In this document: positions 56,478 to 64,000 of the stretch, piece after piece
Layout of the letters: every line of letters starts with the position of its first letter
How positions within the stretch are numbered: the first letter of the stretch is position 1
Assembly (NCBI GenBank): GCA_963765835.1
Contig: CAVXYF010000020.1
Coordinates: forward strand, 20,731-84,730
Source of the DNA: an uncultured Acidobacteriota bacterium
Lineage (GTDB): Bacteria; Acidobacteriota; Thermoanaerobaculia; UBA5066; Gp7-AA6
Reading direction: 5' to 3'
Length of the DNA: 64,000 nt
Program-made: the position numbers and the translations under genes
The notes under the pieces: model-generated
The model's database searches: none
What the model was told of the DNA's origin: nothing
Seen by the model: the letters and a program-made list of their open reading frames with translations, nothing else

Positions 56478-58430
56478 GTGGCGAGAGCGTCGGTCCGGAT
56501 TCGACCGCTCGTCGCCCTCGTGTTTCTCGTCCCCGTCCTCTCGTGCGGCCCGGCCGCGAGCCCCCGGCGCCCCGTCCCCGGCCCGCGGCCTGCCGGTCGC
56601 GCGGTCCTCATCTCGTTCGACTCGCTCGCGGGGGCGCGGCTGGAGCGCCTCCTGTCCGACCCGGCGAAGCTGCCCACCGGAGCGTTCCGCCGCCTGGCGG
56701 CCCGCGGGTTTCACGCCATCCGCTCGGTGCCTCCGACGCCGTCCCTGACCGCGGTCTCGCACATCACGCACGTCACCGGGGCGCTGCCCGAGCGCTCGGG
56801 CATCGTCTCGAATACGTTCCGCGACTTCTCCAAACCGTTTCCCGCCACGATCTCGGGCTTCGCCGCTCCCATCCGCGCCGAGACCCTCTGGCAGGCGGCC
56901 CGCCGCCAGGGCCGGCGCGTCGGCGTCATGAGCTATCCCGGGGCCGACGGCAACGGGCCCGCGCGGACCGCGGACTGGATGATGACGTGGCCCGGAGATC
57001 CGCTCGCGTGGGGTCGCATGGAGACCCTTCCGAAGACCGCGTGGGAGGCGGTGGCGTCGGGCGCGCCGGCCGGAAGTTTTTCGCCGGTCCGCCGGGCGAC
57101 CCTGGCATTTGGAAAAACCTCTCACCGCGTCCGCCTCTTCGCGCTCGACGGAACCGACGACGGGCGCGTCGACTACGACCGCGTCATCGTCGAGGAGGGG
57201 GGCAGTGAGGCGCGCATCGGCGCGTGGTTCCCGGTCGAGGTCGCGAGCCCCGAAGGGAGGACGGGAGCCTGGTGCCGGCTGATGGCGCTCGCCCCGGACC
57301 TCTCGGCCGCCGAGATCTACCTGGGGCCGCTGTCCCGGTCCACGGGCTTTCCGGAGTCCTGGGTGCGCACGCTGGACGAACGAGTCGGCTTCTGGCCGGG
57401 TGCGCCGGACTCGACGACGTTCGGCGCGGACAGCAGTCGGCCGGAGCTCTTCCTGGAGCAGGCGGACCGCCTCGTGGACTTTTTGACGCGGGCCAGCCTC
57501 CTTGCGGTCGCCCGCACCGACTGGGACCTCCTCCTCATCTACCAGCCGGAGATCGACGAGACCGGCCACGAATTTCTTCTCGTCGACCCGCGGCAGCCGC
57601 GCTTCACGCCGGAGCGCTCCGCCCGCTTTCTGGGGCTCGTGGAACAGAGCTACGCCCTCGCGGACCGCTCTCTCGACGCGATCGAAAGAGCTCTACGCCC
57701 GGACGACTCTCTCTTCGTGACGGGGGACCACGGAATGACCGCGATCTGGGCGGAGATTTCGATCATCGACATTCTCCGGGAGGCAGGTCTCGTGGCTCTC
57801 GACGCGGAACGGAAAGTCCTGGGATCGTCTCCGCTCCTGCCGGTTCCGACCAGCGGCATCGTCCACATCTACCGGAACCCGCGCGCCGCGCCGGTCACGA
57901 TCGACCGGGCCGAGCGGATCGTGCGGGACTTCCGCGTCGGCGGCGAGTCCCCCTTCGACCGGATCGTGCGCCGCGAGAACGCCGGGGACCTCGGCCTCGA
58001 GGCGCCGGAGTCCGGCGACTTGATCGTGCTCGCCCGGCCGGGCTACCAGTTCGCGAGGGAGGCGCGCGCCGACGGGGCGCTCGTGGGCGAGCGCGCCGAC
58101 TACGGCGGCCACGGGTACCGCAACGTGTACCCCGAGGTGGACGCCACTCTCTTCGCGGCGGGGCCGGGCATCCCCCACGAGACCGTGGACTCGATCGGCT
58201 CGTGGGAGATCGCGGCTCGCGTCGCGAAGGCGCTGGGCATCTCCCCGCCTCGGGACGCGTCGCGCTCGCTTGCTCGGGACCTGCTCACGCACCGGCGAGC
58301 GGCTCGCCAAGCCGGGCTCGACCGCTCGCTTGGTCCCTTCGCTGCGCTCGCGCTCCCGCGGCGCGAGGCTCCTCCCTCGATTACCTCGGGAGACTCCTCG
58401 CGCCGCGACGGGAGACTGCGAGAACCGTAG
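56478..58430 (+). CDS. Alkaline phosphatase superfamily (NPP-type) lipoprotein
   Basis: Lipobox VLSC, ISFDSL, PSLTAVSH.T..TG, DETGH, TGDHG, GGHGY. The last ~55 aa are low-complexity and repeat-derived. Confidence 0.82.
   Translation: MARASVRIRPLVALVFLVPVLSCGPAASPRRPVPGPRPAGRAVLISFDSLAGARLERLLSDPAKLPTGAFRRLAARGFHAIRSVPPTPSLTAVSHITHVTGALPERSGIVSNTFRDFSKPFPATISGFAAPIRAETLWQAARRQGRRVGVMSYPGADGNGPARTADWMMTWPGDPLAWGRMETLPKTAWEAVASGAPAGSFSPVRRATLAFGKTSHRVRLFALDGTDDGRVDYDRVIVEEGGSEARIGAWFPVEVASPEGRTGAWCRLMALAPDLSAAEIYLGPLSRSTGFPESWVRTLDERVGFWPGAPDSTTFGADSSRPELFLEQADRLVDFLTRASLLAVARTDWDLLLIYQPEIDETGHEFLLVDPRQPRFTPERSARFLGLVEQSYALADRSLDAIERALRPDDSLFVTGDHGMTAIWAEISIIDILREAGLVALDAERKVLGSSPLLPVPTSGIVHIYRNPRAAPVTIDRAERIVRDFRVGGESPFDRIVRRENAGDLGLEAPESGDLIVLARPGYQFAREARADGALVGERADYGGHGYRNVYPEVDATLFAAGPGIPHETVDSIGSWEIAARVAKALGISPPRDASRSLARDLLTHRRAARQAGLDRSLGPFAALALPRREAPPSITSGDSSRRDGRLREP
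58262..58414. repeat. Structured element with a duplicated CGCTCGCTTG and a long hairpin, in the 3' end of the phosphatase ORF
   Basis: CGCTCGCTTG at 58263 and 58323; arms TCCCGCGGCGCGAGG ... CCTCGCGCCGCGACGGGA. Confidence 0.6.
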
Positions 58431-58469
58431 CGATCGAGTTGTGGAGCTCCGGGGAGTTTCGAGCGGAGA

Positions 58470-59525
58470 CTACCCACCCAACTTCTTCAGGATCCCGTCG
58501 ATCCTCTTCTTCTGGTCGGGATCCTTCGTCATCGCCGCCGCCTTGCGATAGTTGTCGGCGGCGAGCTTCTTGTCGCCCTTCCGGTCGTACGCCTCGCCCA
58601 GGCTGTCGTACGTGTTCCAGCTGGCCGGATGGTCCTTCACGTTCTTGCGGAACATCTCGATGGCCTCGTCGGTCTTGCCCGTGCCGAGGAGCTGGTAGCC
58701 ATACGCGTTGATGTCGGCCTCCGTGGCGATCTTCATCGCCTTGTCCCGCAGGGGTCCGGCGGCCGCGGTGTCGCCCTTCGCCTCGAGGATTCCGGCCTTC
58801 GTCCGCAAGTTGTTGAAGTTCTCCTGCATCGCGATCGAGCGGTCGGCCCACGTCAGCGCCTCGTCGAGGTTGACCTTGTTGCGCATCGCGTAGGCCGCGG
58901 CGCCGTTCCACCCCTGCCAACCGAAACGGGGCAGGTCCCGCAGCTCCTTGCGCAGGCTCGCGACGACCACGGCGGGCGTGTCCACCTCGACCGTGAACGG
59001 GACCGCGAGCTTCTCCCACCGCAGGACGACGTCGACCGATTTCTCCGTGGGGTCGTCGAAGCTGTACGAGAGGCGCTCCTGGAACTCGGCCGGCCGAGGT
59101 TTCGCGGTCACGCGCAGAGCGTCTTCCTTTTCGTCGTAGCTGAAGCTGCCCCACGCCCAGCTCACGTTGGAGAAGGCGATCGTCCAGTCACCCGCCGCCG
59201 TCGGAATCATGTGGAGTCCGTACGTTCCCGCCGCGAGCGGCTTGCCGTTGACGGTTACCGGCGAGGAGAAGGAGATCGTGGTGTTCTGGTTGGCGCCCGC
59301 GCGCCACACCTCGCCGTAAGGCACGAGGTCTCCCCAGACCGTCCGCTTGTTCACCGCCGGCCGGTGGTAGATCAGCGAGATGTCGGTCAGACCGACGGTC
59401 TGGGTGAACGAGGCCTTCGGGCTCGCCTGCGGAAGCGTCAGGGGTTGTTGGGCCGAGGCGGAAGCCGCGACCAGAAGCGAGACCCCGAGGAGCAGTCCGC
59501 TCCCACGGTAGACAAAACGTCCCAT
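58470..59525 (-). CDS. DUF2911 domain protein with C-terminal TPR
   Basis: PQASP.A...QTVG.TDI...Y.RP.V..R, VPYG.VWRAGAN, then INAYGY.LL...WNTYDSLGEAY. Confidence 0.88.
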   Translation of the reverse strand: MGRFVYRGSGLLLGVSLLVAASASAQQPLTLPQASPKASFTQTVGLTDISLIYHRPAVNKRTVWGDLVPYGEVWRAGANQNTTISFSSPVTVNGKPLAAGTYGLHMIPTAAGDWTIAFSNVSWAWGSFSYDEKEDALRVTAKPRPAEFQERLSYSFDDPTEKSVDVVLRWEKLAVPFTVEVDTPAVVVASLRKELRDLPRFGWQGWNGAAAYAMRNKVNLDEALTWADRSIAMQENFNNLRTKAGILEAKGDTAAAGPLRDKAMKIATEADINAYGYQLLGTGKTDEAIEMFRKNVKDHPASWNTYDSLGEAYDRKGDKKLAADNYRKAAAMTKDPDQKKRIDGILKKLGG

Positions 59526-59640
59526 GTGTCCCTCCTGTAATGCCGGGACGGCCCGGATGTCTTTTGACCGCCGCGGCGACCTTTCCGGATTCTTACGGCG
59601 GGGGCGGGGCCGGGTTTAGGCTTCCGGGAGGCGGGCGCGC

Positions 59641-60690
59641 ATGAAAAAGCTACCGGCCCTGCTCGCGTTCCTCTTCCTCTCTCTGCCGTCGGCGGCTCGC
59701 GGACCGGCGCCCGCGGAGTCCCCCATGGCGTCGGCCGCCCGGGCGTTTCTCGCAGCGTTGCGGCCGGATCTTCGCGCGCAGGCGCTTCTGGCTTTCGGCG
59801 ACGCCGATCGAACGAACTGGAGGTACGTCCCGGGCCGGCGCCGAGGCGTCAACCTGAAGCAGATGAGCTCATCGGAGCGCGCCGCGGCTCATGCGCTGCT
59901 AAAGGCCGGGTCGAGCGCCCGCGGCTACGAGAAGGCGGCGGGCGTGATCGAGCTCGAGGGGATCCTGCGCGGCCTCGAGTCGTTCGGGTGGTTTCGGGAT
60001 CCCGAGCTCTACTGGTTCACGATTTTCGGCGAGCCTTCGGACTCCGCGCCGTGGGGATGGAGATTCGAGGGTCACCACGTTTCCCTGAACTACCTCTCGA
60101 CGCGGGGCAAGTTAGCGGTCGCGACCCCCGCCTTCCTGGGCGCGAACCCGGCTCGCGTTCCGACAGGTGCCCGCGCCGGCTGGCGGTTGCTTCCGGCCGA
60201 AGAGGATCTCGCGCGCCGGCTGCTCGCGAGCCTGGCGCCGGGAGAGCGCGCCCGCGCGCTGCTTTCGGAGAGAGCGCCGGCCGACATCCTCATGGGACCG
60301 GGCCGTCGGTCGCCTCCGGAGCCCGCGGGACTCCCGGCGTCGGAGTTGACCGCCGTTCAGCGCGAAACGCTGATCGCGCTGGTCGCGGAGTACGCCCGCA
60401 ACGCCCGTCCGGAGATCGCGGAAGCGCGCTGGAAGAGGATCGAAGCCGCCGGCGTCGGGAAGATCCGTTTTGCGTGGGCCGGAAGCGACGCGGTCGGCAG
60501 CGGTCACTACTACCGGGTCCAGGGGCCGACGTTCGTGATCGAGTACGACAACACTCAGGACCGGGCGAACCACGTGCACTCGGTCTGGCGCGACCTGCCG
60601 GCCGACGGGGGAGCCGACCTTCTGCGCCGCCACTACGAGGAGAGCCCGCATCACGCCGCGGCTTGGAGGAGCGCGTCCCCGCCGCAGTGA
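59641..60690 (+). CDS. DUF3500 family exported protein
   Basis: WGWRFEGHH.SLN, TP.FLGANP, YYRVQGP.FVIEYDNTQ, NH.HSVWRD, LLRRHY. Confidence 0.88.
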   Translation: MKKLPALLAFLFLSLPSAARGPAPAESPMASAARAFLAALRPDLRAQALLAFGDADRTNWRYVPGRRRGVNLKQMSSSERAAAHALLKAGSSARGYEKAAGVIELEGILRGLESFGWFRDPELYWFTIFGEPSDSAPWGWRFEGHHVSLNYLSTRGKLAVATPAFLGANPARVPTGARAGWRLLPAEEDLARRLLASLAPGERARALLSERAPADILMGPGRRSPPEPAGLPASELTAVQRETLIALVAEYARNARPEIAEARWKRIEAAGVGKIRFAWAGSDAVGSGHYYRVQGPTFVIEYDNTQDRANHVHSVWRDLPADGGADLLRRHYEESPHHAAAWRSASPPQ

Positions 60691-60774
60691 AGGCGGTCCT
60701 TCGCCCGCGCCCATTCGTCCGAATCGCAAAACCTGCCGCTCTCTTTCCCCGTCTTCTCCACCGAGAGGTGCGGG

Positions 60775-62310
60775 ATGCGCCGTTTGCTTTTCCCGGGTCT
60801 CTGCCTCGTTGCCGCGACCTGCTTCGGTGAGGATTCTTCGGCCGCCGTCGGTCGGATCCGTACGACGCCCTACACGCTTCAGCCCCGCGACGGATCCCGC
60901 GCCGTGACCGCCGAGCTCGGCTGGCTCACGGTTCCCGAAAATCACGCGCGCCCCTCCGGTCCGACGATCGAGCTCGCGTTCCTCCGGTTCCGCACGGCCG
61001 CGCCCCGCCCGGGCTCTCCCGTCGTGTGGCTCGCGGGAGGTCCGGGAGGATCCGGGACGCACGATGCCGAGGGCGCCATCCTTCCGCTCCTCCAGGCGAT
61101 CTCCGAAACCGCCGACGTCATCGCGCTGGATCAGCGCGGAATGGGCCGCTCGCTGCCGCGACTCGACTGTCCGGGGAACTTCGATCTGCCTCTCGACCGG
61201 CCGATGGAACGCAACTTCGTCCTCGCCGCTTTCCGCGAACGCGCCGCGGAGTGCCGCGCGTACTGGGAAAAGCGGGGGGTGGACCTCGCGTCGTACAACA
61301 CGAACGAGAGCGCCCGCGACCTCGAAGACCTGAGGCGGGCCCTCGGGGTCCCGAAGTTGAGCCTCCTCGCGGGGAGTTACGGGACGCACCTCGCGCTGGC
61401 GGCGATCCGACTTTTCGAACCGTCGATCGAAAGGGCCGTCCTCTTCGGAATCCAGGGACCCGACCACATGGAGCGCCTGCCCGGCGACTTCCAGCACGTC
61501 CTCGAGCAGATCGACCTGCTCGTCCGGCGGACTCCGCTGCTCGCCGAACGTCTGCCGAGCTTCCTCGGAGCAATCAAGCTCGTGATGGACCGGCTCGAGC
61601 GCGACCCGATCGCCGCCGAAGCCGTGGATCCGGCGACCGGCTCCCGGCGGCCCGTGAAGCTGGGGAAGTTCGACCTCCAGTGCTTCACACGCAACCTCCT
61701 CGCTTCGGGGGACCAGATCTCGCGCCTCCCCGGGATCTACCTCGCGATGCTGCAGGGCGACTTTCACGAGCTCGCGGCGAGCTCGCTGACCAGCCGGCGA
61801 AGCGCCTCGCCTCCCGCGGTGGACTTCACCATGCGCTGCTCGTCCGGCGGCTCCGCGGGGCGGCGCGAGAAGATCCGGTCCCAGTCGCCGAAGACCGTTC
61901 TCGGGGAGGTCGCGGACTTTCCGATGCCCGAAGTCTGCGACTCCTGGGGAGTTCCCGACCTGGGTCCCGCGTTCCGCGCGCCCGTATCCTCCGCTGTGCC
62001 GGTCCTCTTCGTCAGCGGAACGCTGGACGCGCACACTCCCACTTCGAATGCGAAGGAGGTTCTGGCGGGATTTGCGAACGGCCGTCACCTGATCGTGGAC
62101 GGCGGCGCGCACTGCCTGCTCGGGTTCAGCCTGCCGAAGGGCCGCAAGCTGGCGGCGAAGTTCCTGCGGGGAGACTCGGTGTCGAACGCGCGCCTCGCGA
62201 CGCCGCCGTTCGGGTTCCGGGTCCCGGGTCTCGCGCGGGACGCCGCGATCGCGACCCAGTTCAGTCGTTCGCTTCGGCCGCCGCCCGGCTACGCGGGCTC
62301 CGGGCATTGA
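60775..62310 (+). CDS. Exported alpha/beta hydrolase (TAP-like aminopeptidase)
   Basis: LAGGPGGSG, DQRGMG, nucleophile GSYGT, D..TP, H. Confidence 0.85.
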   Translation: MRRLLFPGLCLVAATCFGEDSSAAVGRIRTTPYTLQPRDGSRAVTAELGWLTVPENHARPSGPTIELAFLRFRTAAPRPGSPVVWLAGGPGGSGTHDAEGAILPLLQAISETADVIALDQRGMGRSLPRLDCPGNFDLPLDRPMERNFVLAAFRERAAECRAYWEKRGVDLASYNTNESARDLEDLRRALGVPKLSLLAGSYGTHLALAAIRLFEPSIERAVLFGIQGPDHMERLPGDFQHVLEQIDLLVRRTPLLAERLPSFLGAIKLVMDRLERDPIAAEAVDPATGSRRPVKLGKFDLQCFTRNLLASGDQISRLPGIYLAMLQGDFHELAASSLTSRRSASPPAVDFTMRCSSGGSAGRREKIRSQSPKTVLGEVADFPMPEVCDSWGVPDLGPAFRAPVSSAVPVLFVSGTLDAHTPTSNAKEVLAGFANGRHLIVDGGAHCLLGFSLPKGRKLAAKFLRGDSVSNARLATPPFGFRVPGLARDAAIATQFSRSLRPPPGYAGSGH

Positions 62311-62321
62311 GTCTGCGCCGG

Positions 62322-62438
62322 GATCCGACCCCTTCGGGATCAGACCCCGGAGATTGCTGAGCCGAGGTCAGACCCCTTCGGGATCAGACCCCGGAGATTG
62401 CTGAGCCGAGGTCAGACCCCTTCGGGATCAGACCCCGG
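62322..62438. repeat. 44-bp tandem array (~2.5 units) containing the GACCCCTTCGGGATCAGACCCC palindromic core
   Basis: Cores start at 62327, 62371 and 62415; located between convergent genes. Confidence 0.92.
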
Positions 62439-62450
62439 GACGATCTCCGA

Positions 62451-64000
62451 TCAGTCCCCGCAGGGAACGATGCGGACTCCCGATTTCCAGGAATCCCCCT
62501 TCGAGTCGACCGCCACGAACTGCTTCCCGTAAGGTTCCCCGCCCGAAAGCGACAGGGGATAGCGGTAGAGCTCCTTCACGCCGCCGGGGCTCACGGAGAC
62601 CGGAACGGACGCGCCGGCGACCGGGCGGAGTCCACCGCGGCTGGACGACTCCTCCAGCCTCTGCACCTCGACGCGCGAGTCGCCTCCGTTCTCGAAGCGC
62701 ACCGTCACGAAGAACGGCTGGTCGTCCATGGGGCGTTCCGCCGAGAGCGCGACGTTGATTCGCATGAGTCCGGAGTCGGGCCGGGGCGCCTTGGTCGCCT
62801 CTCCGGAGAATCCCGCGGGGACGTCCCGGACGGTCCCCTGCTTGAAGACCGTGTCGTCGAACTGGGGGCAGTACCGCATGTTCGGATCGCTGCGCGGCGC
62901 GGCAGCAACGGCGCCGGGCGGCGTCGACGCCTGCTCTCCCGCCGGCGGCCGCGGTTCCTGCGCCGGGGCGGCTCTGGTCGGACGGAGGAGCGCCACGCGC
63001 GGGGCCGGAGTGGGCCTGGCCTTCGAGACGCTCGCGGGAGTGGGCTTCGCCTCGACGATCGTCGGGGCGACGGCCACCGCGACCGTCGGCTCCGGCGCCG
63101 GAACACTCAGGTCTTTCGCGTCGGACGTCCGGGGTTGCGCGGCCGGACCGCTGCTCTCGACGGGAACAGTCGTCGAAGCACTCCGGGAGAGGTCTTCGTT
63201 TCCCGCCGCGACCCGGCGGTCCCGTCCCGCGATCCAGACTCCGAATCCCACGAGCAGGGCGGCGAGCGCCGCGGCCACCAGGTATCCCGCGAAGTGGGGA
63301 CGCTTGGCTTCCGGCTCGGGAGCGCCCGCGACCGGCCGCGTGCTCGCCGTTTCGACCGGGCCGCGCGGAGCCGCAACCTCTTTGGTGCCGGGCAACCGGT
63401 GAGTCTCGCCCTCGGCGCCGGGTTGCGACGGCGTCGCCTCCGCCCACCTCGCGATCGTGCTGCGGACCTTCCGGTCGCTCGCCCCCGACTGCCCCAGCGA
63501 GTCGCGGGCTTCGAAGAGCGCCTTCACCGTGGGTTGCAGGTCCGCGCCGCTCCCCTCCGAGGCGGCGGCCCGCGAGAGCGCAAGCATCATGGCCTTGTCC
63601 ACGTACTCCGCGACGGCCTCGGCCGACTCTCCCCGGATGTCCGCGGCGGCAAGCGCCTCGAGGCTCTTTCCGAACTCGGAAGCGGTCTGGTATCGGTCCC
63701 CCGGCTTCGCGCGAAGCGCTTTCAGGACGATGTTCCGCACGGCGGGCGACAGGCGATCCTTCGGATCGGTCTTGCGGAAGGGGATCGGCGGCTGATTGAG
63801 CCGGTTCGCGACGATCTCGTGGATCGTCTCGCCGCCGTACGGGCGGACCCCCGTCAGGGTCTCGTAGAGAACGATCCCGAAGGAGAAGAGGTCGCTGCGG
63901 GCGTCGATCTGACCGGCCGACGTCAGCTGCTCGGGGGAGGAGTAGCGCAGCTTCCCGATGAACTCGTCGGCGCCGGTCAGCTCCTCCTTCGCCTGAGCGA
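62451..64000 (-). CDS. Hanks-type Ser/Thr kinase, 5'-partial, with TM helix, Pro-rich linker and C-terminal domain
   Basis: Hand translation from the window end: FIGKLRYSSPEQ...IDARSDLFSFGIVLYETLTG...KPGDRY; TM YLVAAALAALLVGFGVWIAG. Confidence 0.88.
   Translation of the reverse strand, partial: AQAKEELTGADEFIGKLRYSSPEQLTSAGQIDARSDLFSFGIVLYETLTGVRPYGGETIHEIVANRLNQPPIPFRKTDPKDRLSPAVRNIVLKALRAKPGDRYQTASEFGKSLEALAAADIRGESAEAVAEYVDKAMMLALSRAAASEGSGADLQPTVKALFEARDSLGQSGASDRKVRSTIARWAEATPSQPGAEGETHRLPGTKEVAAPRGPVETASTRPVAGAPEPEAKRPHFAGYLVAAALAALLVGFGVWIAGRDRRVAAGNEDLSRSASTTVPVESSGPAAQPRTSDAKDLSVPAPEPTVAVAVAPTIVEAKPTPASVSKARPTPAPRVALLRPTRAAPAQEPRPPAGEQASTPPGAVAAAPRSDPNMRYCPQFDDTVFKQGTVRDVPAGFSGEATKAPRPDSGLMRINVALSAERPMDDQPFFVTVRFENGGDSRVEVQRLEESSSRGGLRPVAGASVPVSVSPGGVKELYRYPLSLSGGEPYGKQFVAVDSKGDSWKSGVRIVPCGD

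Noticed and set aside
62322-62438. Possible CRISPR array (palindromic repeat with regular spacing)
   Set aside because: The intervening sequences are identical rather than unique spacers; only ~2.5 units; no cas genes.

Overview
Very GC-rich, gene-dense bacterial DNA. The gene content (M56-TPR/BlaI pair, kinase-propeller, DUF885, DUF748, DUF4097, DUF2911, DUF3500) resembles Acidobacteriota; that assignment is inference. Layout from start to end: (1) ~1.56 kb of indel-ridden sequence (frameshifted htpX, a secreted-protein remnant, an ABC-ATPase tail) joined abruptly to a C-terminally truncated PLP decarboxylase, probably an assembly junction or deletion. (2) An ~18 kb nucleobase-catabolism supercluster: allB-alc-uraD-uraH-uricase converges on mmsA/beta-ureidopropionase/hydA/aminotransferase/preA/xanthine-dehydrogenase subunits/CitE-like gene, with a cytosine deaminase nearby. 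(3) glgA-glgC. (4) sufBCDS-sufU-sufT-Rrf2. (5) DCC1-LMF1 fusion, a LeuD-LeuC permuted aconitase-family fusion, and BlaI/M56-TPR. (6) NUDIX-HAD, DUF4130-UdgX, a Ser/Thr kinase and lon. (7) An ECF sigma translationally coupled to an Ogt + Ada-zinc protein that lacks the AraC HTH. (8) ypdA, DUF4097, yihY, several exported enzymes and a partial kinase. I found no rRNA, tRNA, CRISPR array, integrase or transposase. Best leads: a candidate alkylation-sensing ECF sigma/anti-sigma system; a dispersed ~45-bp palindromic repeat family (7 loci) inserted in frame in metabolic genes and locally amplified; and possible coupling of purine and pyrimidine catabolism through a CitE-like enzyme and a PreT-less PreA. 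All family assignments come from motif recognition by eye, not from database searches.
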